Below are positions 1 through 9,364 of a stretch of 64,000 nucleotides of DNA, piece after piece. Numbering within the stretch: position 1 is the stretch's first letter; the number at the start of each line of letters is the position of its first letter. Origin of the DNA: an uncultured bacterium (lineage in GTDB: Bacteria > Deinococcota > Deinococci > Deinococcales > Trueperaceae). The stretch spans positions 1-64,000 of the forward strand of contig CAZBZU010000012.1 in NCBI GenBank assembly GCA_964496495.1. Direction: 5' to 3'. The notes beneath the pieces are model-generated. The model was not told the origin of the DNA. It did no database searches and was given only the letters and a program-made list of their open reading frames with translations. The translations under genes were made by a program, and so were the position numbers.

Positions 1-339
1 ATGCTGGCGATCTTCCTGCTCGGCTTCTTCATCGACTTCATCGAGATCACCTTCATCGTGGTGCCGCTCATCGCGCCCATCGCCGCGCGCATGTTCGGGC
101 ACGACCTGATGGTGTGGTTCGGCGTGCTCATCGCCATGAACCTGCAGGCATCGTTCCTGACGCCGCCCTTCGGGTTCGCGCTGTTCTACCTCAAGGGCGT
201 CGCGCCCCCCGAGGTGCGCACCACCGACATCTATCGCGGCATCATCCCCTTCGTCGCCATCCAGCTGATCGCCGTGGTGATCATCGCCGTGGCGCCGGGC
301 ATCGTCAACCTGCTGCCGTCGCTGGCCTCCGGGCACTGA
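1..339 (+). CDS. dctM: TRAP transporter large permease (DctM family), C-terminal fragment; 5' end lies outside the window
   Basis: In-frame ORF running from the window edge. Hydrophobic C-terminal helices with the DctM-like motif LTPPFGFALFYLKG. Stop at 337-339. Confidence 0.8.
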   Translation: MLAIFLLGFFIDFIEITFIVVPLIAPIAARMFGHDLMVWFGVLIAMNLQASFLTPPFGFALFYLKGVAPPEVRTTDIYRGIIPFVAIQLIAVVIIAVAPGIVNLLPSLASGH

Positions 340-433
340 CCCCAGCGGTCACGGACTCCACCGGGCTGCGGTCTGACCGGTGCCCTCGGCCGGGCAACCG
401 GCCTGCCGCCGGCCGCTGCCATCGCCAACAGGC

Positions 434-467
434 GCGTGGCGCGTCCGGCCGGCCGGACGCGCCACGC
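434..467. terminator. Perfect 34-nt GC-rich palindrome between convergent dctM and dctP, a candidate bidirectional terminator hairpin
   Basis: gcgtggcgcgtccggcc|ggccggacgcgccacgc, 17-nt perfect inverted arms, no U-tract. Confidence 0.4.
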
Positions 468-495
468 TCGCTCGTGCGCCTGCGGGCGCCGAGGC

Positions 496-1578
496 TCAGG
501 TCTGGCTGAAGACGAAGTTCTCGAACGCGAAGGTGTTGAACTTGTCGAAGCCGCGCACCTGTCCCATGAACGAGGTCATGGAGTCGGAGATCTTCTTGTA
601 GGTGGCGTTGGAGCCGCGCAGGTCGTCGTTGACCTTGGTCCAACCGTCGTAGAAGGTCTTGAGCACATCCTGCGGGAAGACCTTGGGCTGCGCTCCGGCC
701 GCCTGCAGGCGCTTGAACGCCGCCGGGTCACCGCTGGTGTAGTTGGAGAGCATCTGCACGTTCACCGCTTGGGCGGCGTTCTCCACGATGCCCTTGATGT
801 CGTCCGGGAGGCCGTTCCAGGTGTCGAGGTTGATGTACAGGCAGAACGCCGCTCCCGGCTCCTGCCAACCCGGGCCGTAGTAGTACTTGGCGGCCTTGTT
901 CAGGCCGAGGATCTCGTCGTCGTGCGGGCCCACCCACTCGGCCGCGTCGAGGACGCCGCGCTGCAACGCCAGGAAGATCTCGCCGCCGGCGAGCGTCTGC
1001 ACGTTGGCGCCGGCCTCTGAGTACACCTTGGCCCCGAGCCCTGCAGTGCGGAACGACAGGCCCTTGAGATCGGCCGGGGAGTTGATCTCCTTGTTGAACC
1101 AGCCGCCCATCTGCTGCCCGGTGTTGCCGGCGAGCAGGCCCTTGAGGTTGCTCTTGGCATTGAGATCGTCCCACAGCGCCTGGCCGCCGCCGGACTCGAT
1201 CCAGGAGTTGATCTGCCTGGGCGTCAGCCCGAACGGCACGGTGGTGAAGAAGGCGTGGGCGAAGTCCTTGCCGACGTAGTAGTACGACGCCGAGTGGCCC
1301 ATCTCGAAGGCGCCGCTGGAGACGGCGTCGAAGACCTCCAGACCGCCCACCTGAGCGCCGGCCTCGTAGACCTGGATGGTGACGTCCCCGTTGGTCATCG
1401 CCTTGACGCGATCGGCGATGGCCTGGGCGCCGCCGAACAGATAGTCGAGCGAGCGCGGCCAGGACGTAACCATGCTCCACTGGTACTTGGATCCCTGGGC
1501 GTTGGCGAACATCAAGGGCGACAGGGTCGCTCCGGCCGCAACGACACCAGCCTTCTTCAGGAAATCACGGCGCTTCAT
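496..1578 (-). CDS. dctP: TRAP transporter substrate-binding protein (DctP family), Tat-signal periplasmic
   Basis: 360 aa. N-terminal twin-arginine signal MKRRDFLKKAGVVAAGA. DctP-family length and composition. GGAGGT RBS 5 nt upstream of ATG on the minus strand. Convergent with the dctM fragment, so an orphan SBP or part of another TRAP system. Confidence 0.85.
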   Translation of the reverse strand: MKRRDFLKKAGVVAAGATLSPLMFANAQGSKYQWSMVTSWPRSLDYLFGGAQAIADRVKAMTNGDVTIQVYEAGAQVGGLEVFDAVSSGAFEMGHSASYYYVGKDFAHAFFTTVPFGLTPRQINSWIESGGGQALWDDLNAKSNLKGLLAGNTGQQMGGWFNKEINSPADLKGLSFRTAGLGAKVYSEAGANVQTLAGGEIFLALQRGVLDAAEWVGPHDDEILGLNKAAKYYYGPGWQEPGAAFCLYINLDTWNGLPDDIKGIVENAAQAVNVQMLSNYTSGDPAAFKRLQAAGAQPKVFPQDVLKTFYDGWTKVNDDLRGSNATYKKISDSMTSFMGQVRGFDKFNTFAFENFVFSQT

Positions 1579-1621
1579 ACAACCTCCGATGCTGGCCTCT
1601 CGAGTTGTTAAAGCCGAGACC

Positions 1622-1627
1622 AGTATA
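1622..1627 (-). promoter_or_regulatory. Putative -10 TATACT for dctP (minus strand)
   Basis: Minus strand reads ...gaaaccTTATACTggtctc... ~45 nt upstream of dctP ATG, with GGAGGT RBS between. Confidence 0.3.
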
Positions 1628-1983
1628 AGGTTTCACCCGGGCGCGGTCCTCCCCGCGCTTGTGTACGGACACCGGCGCCGTCCAGCGCGGTCCGCGACCC
1701 AGCTGCAGGCCGCGGCGCCGGCGGGCGCCGAGGCGCCATACGGGGTCGAGGTGGCAGCCTCATGCGGCGCCGCCCACATGACAGCGATCCGTCCCACGGG
1801 CACCCGCGACGTGATCGAGGCCACGGGGTCGGGCCGTCTCGACGTCGCCTTCTTCCCGCCCGACGGCGTCGTCGCCGCTCGTCGCGAGATCGGCGCCCCG
1901 TCGTGACTGCGCGCCAGCCTGGTGCGACGCCGTGCACGGCGGCCGCGCGCGAATCGCTCACGGGAAGGTCGGCGGAGGGCGGG

Positions 1984-1989
1984 TAGAAT
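1984..1989 (+). promoter_or_regulatory. -10 box TAGAAT 7 nt upstream of ATG 1997 (leaderless transcript predicted)
   Basis: gggTAGAATggccggcATG. Confidence 0.4.
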
Positions 1990-1996
1990 GGCCGGC

Positions 1997-2488
1997 ATGA
2001 GACGGTTCCTGAACACACGCCTCGGCGTGACCCTCGCGGCCGTGCTGCTGGCAACCTGTATCGCCACGGCAAGCGCCCAGAACGGCAACTGGGTCGGGCT
2101 CCGGTCCGGATACCCGCTCGGCGTCACCCTGCACTACGGCCTGAAGAACGGGCTGGCCAGCGGCGCCGACCTGCGAATCAGCGGTCGCGTCTACGTCTAC
2201 GGCTCGGTGGCGCACTTCGGTATCGGTCTCGACGCCATGCACGACGTGCTGGTGAGGTCGCCCTTCAGCGTCTACCTGGGCGGCGGGCCGGCCCTGGACG
2301 TCGGCTCGGACGGCAGCTACCTCGACGTGCACGCGCTCGCGGGGAGCGAGTTCCGCTTCGTGGACCTGGGCGTGCCGCAGCTCGGCATCTTCGCCGAAGG
2401 CACCCTGGGAGCCCTCATCGGCATCAGCAACCAGCCGTCACGCATCCCCACGTTCGGCCTGGCCCTGGGCGTCAACTACCACTTCTAG
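1997..2488 (+). CDS. Small outer-membrane beta-barrel protein (porin-like), signal peptide
   Basis: 163 aa from the internal ATG at 1997 (ORF track starts at 1922). Signal peptide VTLAAVLLATCIATASAQ. Alternating Gly/Tyr/aromatic beta-strand pattern ending in ...VNYHF (C-terminal Phe typical of outer-membrane barrels). TAGAAT -10 box 7 nt upstream. Confidence 0.55.
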   Translation: MRRFLNTRLGVTLAAVLLATCIATASAQNGNWVGLRSGYPLGVTLHYGLKNGLASGADLRISGRVYVYGSVAHFGIGLDAMHDVLVRSPFSVYLGGGPALDVGSDGSYLDVHALAGSEFRFVDLGVPQLGIFAEGTLGALIGISNQPSRIPTFGLALGVNYHF

Positions 2489-3036
2489 CGTCCGCGACTC
2501 TCGACCAGCCCGACGAGCGCCTCGGGGTCCCTCGGCGCCAGCAGCACCGGCGCGCCCGCGTCCGGCCGGAGCAGCACGCCTCGGCCGCGGCGCACGGCCA
2601 CGACGACGAGCACGCCGCCGAGCCCGGAGAGCGGGAAGCGCCCCACGTAGTAGCCGGGGAGGTGGCTGCGCGGCCATCCCAGGTGCAGGCCGGGCCCCAC
2701 CTTGAGGTCGAAGTCGATCTGCTCCGTAGCGGCTACGGAGCGGAGCGGGACGGTTCGGTGGCCGAGCAGCGTGGTGATCACGAGCGTGCGGGCCCGCAAG
2801 CGGTAGTCGAGCCGGCGCGGAGCGGCGTGGATCCCCCAGATGGCGATGGCGGCCGCGGCGACCACGCCCACCAGCCACAGAGCGGCGATGGCGGGCGCCA
2901 GCTCCGATCCGGCCTCGCCGGGCGCCAGCGCGCGCCACAGCACCACGCCAGTGGCCACCGCCCCGATGGCGGCCACCAGCAGGGTGGGCCACGCCTCGGG
3001 ACGCTCGCGCTGGGGGCGGAGCTCAGGCGTCGGCAT
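2485..3036 (-). CDS. Membrane protein with bacterial PH domain (bPH_2, YdbS/YdbT-like)
   Basis: Two N-terminal TM helices followed by a ~110-aa PH-like region. Start assigned to the internal ATG 3034-3036, preceded by GGGAGGAGG RBS. Overlaps the upstream RHH gene stop by 14 nt. Confidence 0.6.
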   Translation of the reverse strand: MPTPELRPQRERPEAWPTLLVAAIGAVATGVVLWRALAPGEAGSELAPAIAALWLVGVVAAAAIAIWGIHAAPRRLDYRLRARTLVITTLLGHRTVPLRSVAATEQIDFDLKVGPGLHLGWPRSHLPGYYVGRFPLSGLGGVLVVVAVRRGRGVLLRPDAGAPVLLAPRDPEALVGLVESRGR

Positions 3037-3220
3037 CCGCCTCCTCCCGTGCCGCAACGTCCGCCTCCCTGGCCGGCAACCGGCCCGCGCGACGCAAGGC
3101 CTCCATCAGCACGAACTCGATCTGCGCGTTCACGCTGCGCAGGTCGTCCGACGCCCACTTCTCGAGCGCCGCATGGACGCGCGGGTCGATGCGCAACAGG
3201 AAGCGCTTGCGGTCGGCCAT
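3023..3220 (-). CDS. Ribbon-helix-helix (Arc/CopG-like) small DNA-binding protein
   Basis: 65 aa, [44 protein letters not shown]: an N-terminal beta-strand then two helices, the RHH pattern. It is the last 65 codons of a long spurious ORF (3023..4333). Confidence 0.6.
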   Translation of the reverse strand: MADRKRFLLRIDPRVHAALEKWASDDLRSVNAQIEFVLMEALRRAGRLPAREADVAAREEADADA

Positions 3221-3228
3221 GGGACCCC

Positions 3229-4941
3229 TCAGCCGGACGCGGTCAGGTAGCCGAGCAGCCAGGTGTGGAGCGCTTGGATGAGGACTGGCGACAGCGGCGT
3301 GCCGGCGTCCGGCAGGCTGTGGTCGATGGCACTTCCGCGCACCTGGTAGAGGTCGTGGGCCAGGTCGGGCAAGAAGAGATAGGTCGCGTGACTCGCGGCT
3401 TTCGCCAGCGCCCGTCCGTTGGCCTCGGTGACCTGCACGTCCTTGCCGCCCTGCACCACCAGCACCGGCGCGCTCACGCGGGAGGCGAGGGCGGCCGGGT
3501 CCTGCGCGAACTCGCTGCGCAGCAGCCCGGCGGCGTGGGCGAAGGTGGCGGCCCAGGGGTTGCTCGCCAGCTCTCCGGTGAGCTCCATGCTGACGCCGCT
3601 GCTGTGCTTGATCGCGGCGATGGCTGCCTCCAGCTGGGTTCGGGTCGTCGCGATGTCTTGCGGCGAGGCGCCCTTCAAGCGGTCCTGGTAGGTCACCTGG
3701 TCGAGGATGACGGCGTCGAGCGGCATCCCCGGCGACTCCAGCAGCACCACCGCGGTCGGGTCCGCGTATCCCTCCGCAACGGAATAGAGCGCGATCAGGC
3801 CTCCCTCGGAGTGGCCCATCAGCGCCACCCGCGTGCCGTCCACGCCGGGCTGCCGCCGCAGCCACGCCATCCAGTCGTGGACGTTCTGCGCGTAGGTCTG
3901 CAGGGTGACGGCGTTGCCGTCGCCGGTGCTGGCCCCGATACCGAGCTTGTCGATACGCAGCACGGCGAACCCCTGGCATCCGAGGGCGTAGGCCAGCTGG
4001 CGGTACACGCCGTTGGTGAGGAGCGGCGGCACGTTGCCGTTGCGGTCGACGGCGCCGCTGCCCGGCAGCAGCAGCAGGGCCGGCGCCGGCCGCGCGCTCT
4101 TGGGCACCGTGAGGCTGCCCGCCAGGGTCGCGCCGGCGCTCGTGACGCTGCCGTCGCGTTCGCTGACACACTGCTTCTGGCGGGCCAGGGTCTGCTCGAG
4201 CTGCGAGACGGCCGCAGCCTGGGAAGCGGCCTGCGCGGCGGCGCTCGCGGCGCTCGCCGGCGTCTCGAGCTGATAGCGCAGGCCCACCGAGGGTTGGCCG
4301 AAGGCCAGCAGGGTGCCGTCCTGGCCGCGCCACATGGTGAGCTTCACGACCTGCCCGGCGACCTTCATGGTGGCGCCGATGCGCTCGGCCGGGCGCGACT
4401 GGCCGCCTCCGAGGTCGACGTCCTCCTCGCCCTCCGGCGACAGCGTGACGGTGCCGGTCGCCGCCGCTTGCGGCACCAGCACGTCGACGGTCGACTCGCC
4501 CGCCGGCTTCGGCCCGAGGCGGTCGAGCAGCAGCTGCCAGCCGTCGAGCATGCTGTTGTCGAGCACCACGACCGGGCCCGGCAGCGGCACGTCCAGGCTC
4601 CGGCTGTGGCCGGCTTGCTGGATGGTGAGGGCGGCGTTGTGCGCCTGGATGGCCGCCTCGATGGTCACCGGCGCTCCACGCGCGGTGCCCTCGAGGCGGT
4701 AGCTCAGGGCATGGCCGTCGCTACCCACCTGCAGACGGTCGCTGAGGTCGGCCAGACCGGTGAGGTGGAGGCTCGACAGGCTGGTGGCGCCGGACGCGTC
4801 GCGCGTCAGCGCCAGGTCGAAGGTCCCCAGCGCCTTGCCGCCCTGGCTGATCTGGTAGGTCTGCGCCGCCGCCGTTCCGGCGAGCGCAAGCACCGCCAGC
4901 GCCACCAGCGCGGGAGCGCGGAGGCTCGAGCTAGCCCGCAT
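3229..4941 (-). CDS. Secreted alpha/beta-hydrolase family protein with N-terminal beta-rich domain
   Basis: 570 aa. Signal peptide [33 protein letters not shown] nucleophile elbow (GxSxG) in the C-terminal half. GGGGA RBS. Start overlaps the SPFH gene stop by 11 nt. Confidence 0.75.
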   Translation of the reverse strand: MRASSSLRAPALVALAVLALAGTAAAQTYQISQGGKALGTFDLALTRDASGATSLSSLHLTGLADLSDRLQVGSDGHALSYRLEGTARGAPVTIEAAIQAHNAALTIQQAGHSRSLDVPLPGPVVVLDNSMLDGWQLLLDRLGPKPAGESTVDVLVPQAAATGTVTLSPEGEEDVDLGGGQSRPAERIGATMKVAGQVVKLTMWRGQDGTLLAFGQPSVGLRYQLETPASAASAAAQAASQAAAVSQLEQTLARQKQCVSERDGSVTSAGATLAGSLTVPKSARPAPALLLLPGSGAVDRNGNVPPLLTNGVYRQLAYALGCQGFAVLRIDKLGIGASTGDGNAVTLQTYAQNVHDWMAWLRRQPGVDGTRVALMGHSEGGLIALYSVAEGYADPTAVVLLESPGMPLDAVILDQVTYQDRLKGASPQDIATTRTQLEAAIAAIKHSSGVSMELTGELASNPWAATFAHAAGLLRSEFAQDPAALASRVSAPVLVVQGGKDVQVTEANGRALAKAASHATYLFLPDLAHDLYQVRGSAIDHSLPDAGTPLSPVLIQALHTWLLGYLTASG

Positions 4942-5809
4942 ACAGCGTCCCCGTGTTCACCACCGGGGTGCTGGCCTGCTCGCTGGTGAGGGCCACCATC
5001 AGGTTGTTCGCCATGGCGGCGCGCTTGTCCTGATCGAGCTCCACCACACCGCGCGCGGCCAGGCCCTCGAGCGCCTCCTCCACCATGCCGACGGCCGCCT
5101 CGACGATCAGCTTGCGGGCGGCGACCACCGCCTGGGCCTGCTGGCGCCGGAGCATCGCCTGTGCGATCTCGGGTGCGTAGGCGAGGTGGGTGAGCCGCGC
5201 TTCCAGCACGTCGACACCGGCCACCTCCAGGCGCGCGTCGAGCTCCTCCTTGAGCGCCGCGGCCAGCTCCTCCGGGTTCTCCCTGAGGCTCTGGCGCTCC
5301 TGGCCGCTGGCGTCGTACGGGTAGCGCGTGGCCAGGCTGCGGATGGCCGTCTCGGCCTGGATGTCCACGAACTCCTCGTAGTCGTCGACGTCGAACACCG
5401 CCTTGGCCGACTCCACCACCCGCCACACCACCACGGCCGCGATCTCGACGGGATTGCCGTCGGCGTCGTTGACCTTGAGCTTGTCGCTGTTGAAGTTGCG
5501 AACCCGAAGGCTCACCCTGCGTTTGTTGGTGAAGGGGTTGGTCCACCAGAAGCCCGGGTGTCGCATGCTCCCGGCGTAGCTGCCGAAGAAGATGAGCACG
5601 CGCGCCTCGTTGGGCTGCACCGTGAAGAAGCCCGGGGCGAGCAGGAATGCCAGCGCCCACAGCACGATACCGAGCACGATGGCGCCACTTCCGTTCACGG
5701 ACGCACCGTCGACGAACCGCCACACGCCCACGCCGACCAGAGCGAGCTCGAGCGCGAGCACCGGGAAGCCGTTGAGGCCGAACGGACGCTTCTCTTGTAC
5801 GCGGATCAT
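4931..5809 (-). CDS. SPFH/Band-7 (stomatin/flotillin-like) domain protein
   Basis: 292 aa. N-terminal TM segment, then an SPFH-like core (FTVQPNEARVLIFFGSY ... VDIQAETAIRSLATRY), then a coiled-coil tail with an AQAMLRRQQAQA-type segment. Confidence 0.85.
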   Translation of the reverse strand: MIRVQEKRPFGLNGFPVLALELALVGVGVWRFVDGASVNGSGAIVLGIVLWALAFLLAPGFFTVQPNEARVLIFFGSYAGSMRHPGFWWTNPFTNKRRVSLRVRNFNSDKLKVNDADGNPVEIAAVVVWRVVESAKAVFDVDDYEEFVDIQAETAIRSLATRYPYDASGQERQSLRENPEELAAALKEELDARLEVAGVDVLEARLTHLAYAPEIAQAMLRRQQAQAVVAARKLIVEAAVGMVEEALEGLAARGVVELDQDKRAAMANNLMVALTSEQASTPVVNTGTLYAG

Positions 5810-5963
5810 GATGCCTCCTTTGGCAGCGAGATGCTATCACATCGGTATCACCTTGGCGAGGGACACATGCCTCCACGGTAAGAGGACCGTAAGGCGGCGC
5901 CGGCTAGCTTGGTCGCAACTCCCAGGCGCGTCGGCGGGGCAGCCGAAGGCGCCGAAGGTAAGG

Positions 5964-7946
5964 ATGGGCCCCAGCGTGACCGGCCGAGGCGATCACTCCC
6001 ACCCCCGCGATTCCCAACCGGCTCTTCTCCCGTGGCTCGCGCGCCTCCCGCTGCGCACCAAGCTCGCCGTGCTCTACCTCCTGGCGATCCTCGTCATCGG
6101 AGGCGCGGCCTACGTGACCGACGGGATGCTGGTCGCGCACGGCTTCCGAGAGGCCGAGCACGAAGCGGTGGTGGCGCAGCTCGATCGCGCCGGCGCCGCG
6201 CTGCAGCTGCGCGCAGACGACCTCTACCACTCGGTGGACGACTGGGCGACGTGGGACGCGAGCTACGACTACGTCGCCACCCTCGACCCCGGCTTCGCGA
6301 AGGAGAACCTGTTCCAGGACAGCCTCGCGACCCTCGGCGTCACCTTCATGATGTTCCTCGACGCCAACGGCAAGCCGGTGAAGTACCTGGGCTACGACCT
6401 CACCAGCGGCGCTCCGGACGATCGCTGGCGCAGCGTCCCCAGCCACGTTCCTGGTGGGCTGACGACGCCGTCCGCCGGCGAGGGCCTGGTGCGACTCGGC
6501 GACGCCGCCGCCCTGGTGGCGTACCGGCCCATCCTGCGCAGCGACGGCAGCGGTCCGGCGCGAGGCACCCTCGTCATGGGGCACACCATCGACAGCGACG
6601 TGGCGACCAAGCTCTCGAAGGCGCTGGCCGCCCGCGTGAGCCTGTCTCCGGCGAGCGAGCCGGTCGTCGATGCCGTCTCGGCCCTGGGACCGGACAGCAT
6701 CCAGGGCCGCACCACCCTGGCGGGCCTCGATGGCGGGCCCGCCGTCCTCGTGCAAGTCCAGGCCCGACGCCCCGTGGCCGCTCAGGCGCGGCTCACCCAG
6801 CGTGCCATGCTGCTGGCGCTCATCGGCGTGGCGCTCGCCGGCGGGTTGGCGGCGGCGCTGGTGCTCGAGCTGCAGGTGTCCGGGCCGCTCACGCGGCTCA
6901 CCCGCGACGTCGGCCGCATCTCCGAGGACGCCGACGCCAGGCAGCGCGTCACGGTGCCGCGCGGCCGCGAGCTTGGCCGCCTGGCTTTCAGCGTCAACAC
7001 CCTGCTGGAACGCCTGGAGCGCCGCCGCGCCGAGCTGACCACCCGCGAGCGCCGCTTCCGCCGCCTGTTCGTCGACTCGCCCGTGGCGAGCGCCATCCTC
7101 ACCAGTGGAGGCCGCGTCGTGCAGTGCAACCCGGCCTTCGAACGCATCTTCGGCTACACCGCCGAGGAGCTCCGCCGACCGCGCGGGGTGCTCCTGATCG
7201 CCGCCGACGGCGGCAGCGATCAGGAGCAGGAGGCGATGCAGAGCATCGCCAGTGGACGGGTGCAGCGCTACCAGTGGGAGCGCCGCCTGGTCCGCAAGGA
7301 CGGCACGCCGGTCTACGCGCTGATGCAGATGTCCGGGCTCGAGCGCGACCCCGACGAGACCGACACCTACATCGTGCAGGTGCTGGATTTCACCGCCCGC
7401 CGCGAGCGCGAGGAGGAGGCCCTGACCCTGGCGTTCCAGGACCCGCTCACCGGTCTGGCCAACCGCCGGGTCCTGCTCCACCGGCTCTCGGAGGCCGGCC
7501 ACGACACCGGTGAGGAGCGAGGCGCGCTCATCTACCTCGACCTCGACCGCTTCAAGGGCGTGAACGACCGCTGCGGTCACGATGTCGGCGACCGCGTGCT
7601 GGTGGAGCTCACCCAGCGCATGGTGCATCAGCTGCGCGGCCCGGACCTGCTCGCCCGCCTGGGCGGCGACGAGTTCGCGGCCTTCCTGCCCGACCTCACC
7701 GAGGGCGCCGCCCGCAAGGTCGCCGAGCGGCTGGCCGCCGCCGTCAAGGAACCCGTCGACATCGGAAACGGCGCCACCGCGCGCCTCGCCGTCAGCATCG
7801 GCGTCGCCATGGGTCCGGTGCCGGACGAGGAAGCGGAGCGCTGGCTGCGCCGCGCCGACGAGGCGATGTACCGGGCCAAGCGCAGCGGCGGCGGGCGCGC
7901 CGTCGTCGCCACGGCACCCGCGTGCGCCGAGAGGGGCGACGCGTGA
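5964..7946 (+). CDS. Sensor diguanylate cyclase: TM - CHASE4-like periplasmic domain - HAMP - PAS - GGDEF
   Basis: 660 aa from ATG 5964 (aa 125 of track ORF 5592..7946), preceded by GAAGGTAAGG RBS. GGDEF motif present (RLGGDEFAAF) with the upstream RxxD-region features. PAS-like segment FRRLFVDSPVASAIL. Two TM helices flank a ~250-aa periplasmic domain. Confidence 0.85.
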   Translation: MGPSVTGRGDHSHPRDSQPALLPWLARLPLRTKLAVLYLLAILVIGGAAYVTDGMLVAHGFREAEHEAVVAQLDRAGAALQLRADDLYHSVDDWATWDASYDYVATLDPGFAKENLFQDSLATLGVTFMMFLDANGKPVKYLGYDLTSGAPDDRWRSVPSHVPGGLTTPSAGEGLVRLGDAAALVAYRPILRSDGSGPARGTLVMGHTIDSDVATKLSKALAARVSLSPASEPVVDAVSALGPDSIQGRTTLAGLDGGPAVLVQVQARRPVAAQARLTQRAMLLALIGVALAGGLAAALVLELQVSGPLTRLTRDVGRISEDADARQRVTVPRGRELGRLAFSVNTLLERLERRRAELTTRERRFRRLFVDSPVASAILTSGGRVVQCNPAFERIFGYTAEELRRPRGVLLIAADGGSDQEQEAMQSIASGRVQRYQWERRLVRKDGTPVYALMQMSGLERDPDETDTYIVQVLDFTARREREEEALTLAFQDPLTGLANRRVLLHRLSEAGHDTGEERGALIYLDLDRFKGVNDRCGHDVGDRVLVELTQRMVHQLRGPDLLARLGGDEFAAFLPDLTEGAARKVAERLAAAVKEPVDIGNGATARLAVSIGVAMGPVPDEEAERWLRRADEAMYRAKRSGGGRAVVATAPACAERGDA

Positions 7947-7956
7947 GCTCAGCCGC

Positions 7957-8724
7957 TCACAGCCGCTCGGCGAGCAGGCGCAGCCCCGTGAGGGTCAACA
8001 GCGGGTCGATGCGATCCAGGGTGCGGGCGTGCCCGTCGACCACGTCGGCGAAGCCGCCGGTGCCGATCACCAGCGGGGGGCGCGCGGCCTCCGGCAGCTC
8101 GGCGCTGAGGCGGGCCACCATGCCGTCGACCATGGCGGCGTAGCCGTACACCAGGCCCGACTGCAGGGCGGTGGTGGTGTTGCGGCCGATGGCCCGCTCC
8201 GGCGCCACCAGGTCGACGCGCGGCAGCTTCGCCGCACGCTCGAACAGGGCGTCCGCCGCCACCCCCGGCCCGGGCGCCAGCGCCACGCCGATGAGGCGAT
8301 GGGGGCGCACCACCACGTCGAAGTTGGTGGCGGTGCCGAAGTCGACGACGATGAAGGACTCGCCCTCGTACTCCAGCGCCGCCACGGCGTTCACCATGCG
8401 ATCGGCGCCCACCTCGCGGGGGTTGTCGGTGTCGACGTGAAGCAGGGGCGCCACCAGGTCGGAGGTCACCAGCCGCGCCTGGACGCCCCAGTAGCGCCTC
8501 AGGGCCGTGGAGAGCTCGGGCCCCGCCGGCGGCACCACCGAGGAGACCATCGCACGTGTGGGAGGGTCGAGCCCCTCGAGCTCCAGCAAGCGGCCGAACA
8601 GCACGGCGTACTCGTCGGCCATGCGGCGCCGGTCGCTGGACACGCGCCACGAAGCCACCAGCTCGCTGCCCCGGAACATGCCCAGCACCGTGGTGGTGTT
8701 GCCGATGTCGACGGCGAGCAGCAC
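7957..8724 (-). CDS. coaX: Type III pantothenate kinase
   Basis: 255 aa. N-terminal [13 protein letters not shown] (DxGNT ATPase motif). CoaX-family length and further motifs. Confidence 0.9.
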   Translation of the reverse strand: MLLAVDIGNTTTVLGMFRGSELVASWRVSSDRRRMADEYAVLFGRLLELEGLDPPTRAMVSSVVPPAGPELSTALRRYWGVQARLVTSDLVAPLLHVDTDNPREVGADRMVNAVAALEYEGESFIVVDFGTATNFDVVVRPHRLIGVALAPGPGVAADALFERAAKLPRVDLVAPERAIGRNTTTALQSGLVYGYAAMVDGMVARLSAELPEAARPPLVIGTGGFADVVDGHARTLDRIDPLLTLTGLRLLAERL

Positions 8725-8784
8725 GGCGCGAGTCTATCACCCGCCGTGGCCGGGGCGTGACCCCGCCTCGGCCGTCGCGGGCGC

Positions 8785-8793
8785 TGGTAGACT
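8785..8793 (+). promoter_or_regulatory. Extended -10 TGgTAGACT 7 nt upstream of dcd ATG (leaderless)
   Basis: gcTGgTAGACTgcgccgcATG. Confidence 0.45.
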
Positions 8794-8800
8794 GCGCCGC

Positions 8801-9349
8801 ATGAGCGTCAAACCGGACTGGTGGATCCGCGAGAAGGCCGAGGCCGGCATGATCTCCCCCTTCGAGGCGGGCCTGGTGCGCGATGGCGTCATCAGCTACG
8901 GCCTCAGCAGCTTCGGCTACGACATCCGCGCGGCTCCGGAGTGGCGCATCTTCGTCAACGCCTTCAACTCGGTGGTCGATCCCAAGCACTTCGACACGCG
9001 CAGCCTGGTGGAGTTCGAGGGCGTGGAGTGCGTCATCCCGCCCAACAGCTTCGTGCTGACCCGCTCGGTGGAGTACCTGCGCGTGCCCGACGACGTGATG
9101 GTGCTGGCGCTGGGCAAGAGCAGCTACGCGCGCTGCGGCATCGTCGCCAACGTGACGCCGCTCGAGCCCGGCTGGGAGGGCCACGTCACGCTGGAGCTGT
9201 CCAACACCACGCCGCTCCCGGCCAAAGTGTATGCCAACGAGGGCATCGTCCAGCTGCTTTTCTTCCAGGGCGAGCGGCCCCGCCTGACGTACGGAGAGCG
9301 CAAGGGCAAGTACCAGGGTCAGCGCGGGGTCACCCTGCCGCGCCTGTGA
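8801..9349 (+). CDS. dcd: dCTP deaminase
   Basis: 182 aa. ...[13 protein letters not shown] ... [10 protein letters not shown]...[14 protein letters not shown] is the Dcd/dUTPase-fold signature. Extended -10 TGgTAGACT lies 7 nt upstream of ATG (leaderless). Confidence 0.9.
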   Translation: MSVKPDWWIREKAEAGMISPFEAGLVRDGVISYGLSSFGYDIRAAPEWRIFVNAFNSVVDPKHFDTRSLVEFEGVECVIPPNSFVLTRSVEYLRVPDDVMVLALGKSSYARCGIVANVTPLEPGWEGHVTLELSNTTPLPAKVYANEGIVQLLFFQGERPRLTYGERKGKYQGQRGVTLPRL

Positions 9350-9364
9350 TCTCCGGCTCGAGGC

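Noticed and set aside
1-1578. dctM fragment and dctP as one TRAP operon
   Set aside because: The genes are convergent (dctM on plus, dctP on minus) and separated by a palindromic hairpin, so they cannot be co-transcribed.
3023-3220. RHH protein as the antitoxin of a type II toxin-antitoxin pair
   Set aside because: No toxin-like partner (ParE/RelE/VapC/HicA etc.) is adjacent. Its neighbours are a secreted hydrolase and a PH-domain membrane protein, so it was left as an RHH regulator of unknown role.
3023-4333. 436-aa ORF treated as a single gene
   Set aside because: Only the last 65 codons (3023..3220) form a sensible RHH protein with a start and a plausible context. The rest overlaps the well-supported hydrolase gene in another frame.
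2662-4989. 775-aa plus-strand ORF and many other long ORFs in the six-frame track (e.g. 3023..4333-, 5909..7513+, 5904..7628-, 14473..15261-, 15150..17036+, 43274..44452-, 43459..44775+, 52443..53735-)
   Set aside because: They are Arg/Pro/Ala/Gly-rich with no domain signatures. They lie antisense or out of frame to strongly supported genes. This is the usual artefact of ~70% GC DNA with few stop codons.
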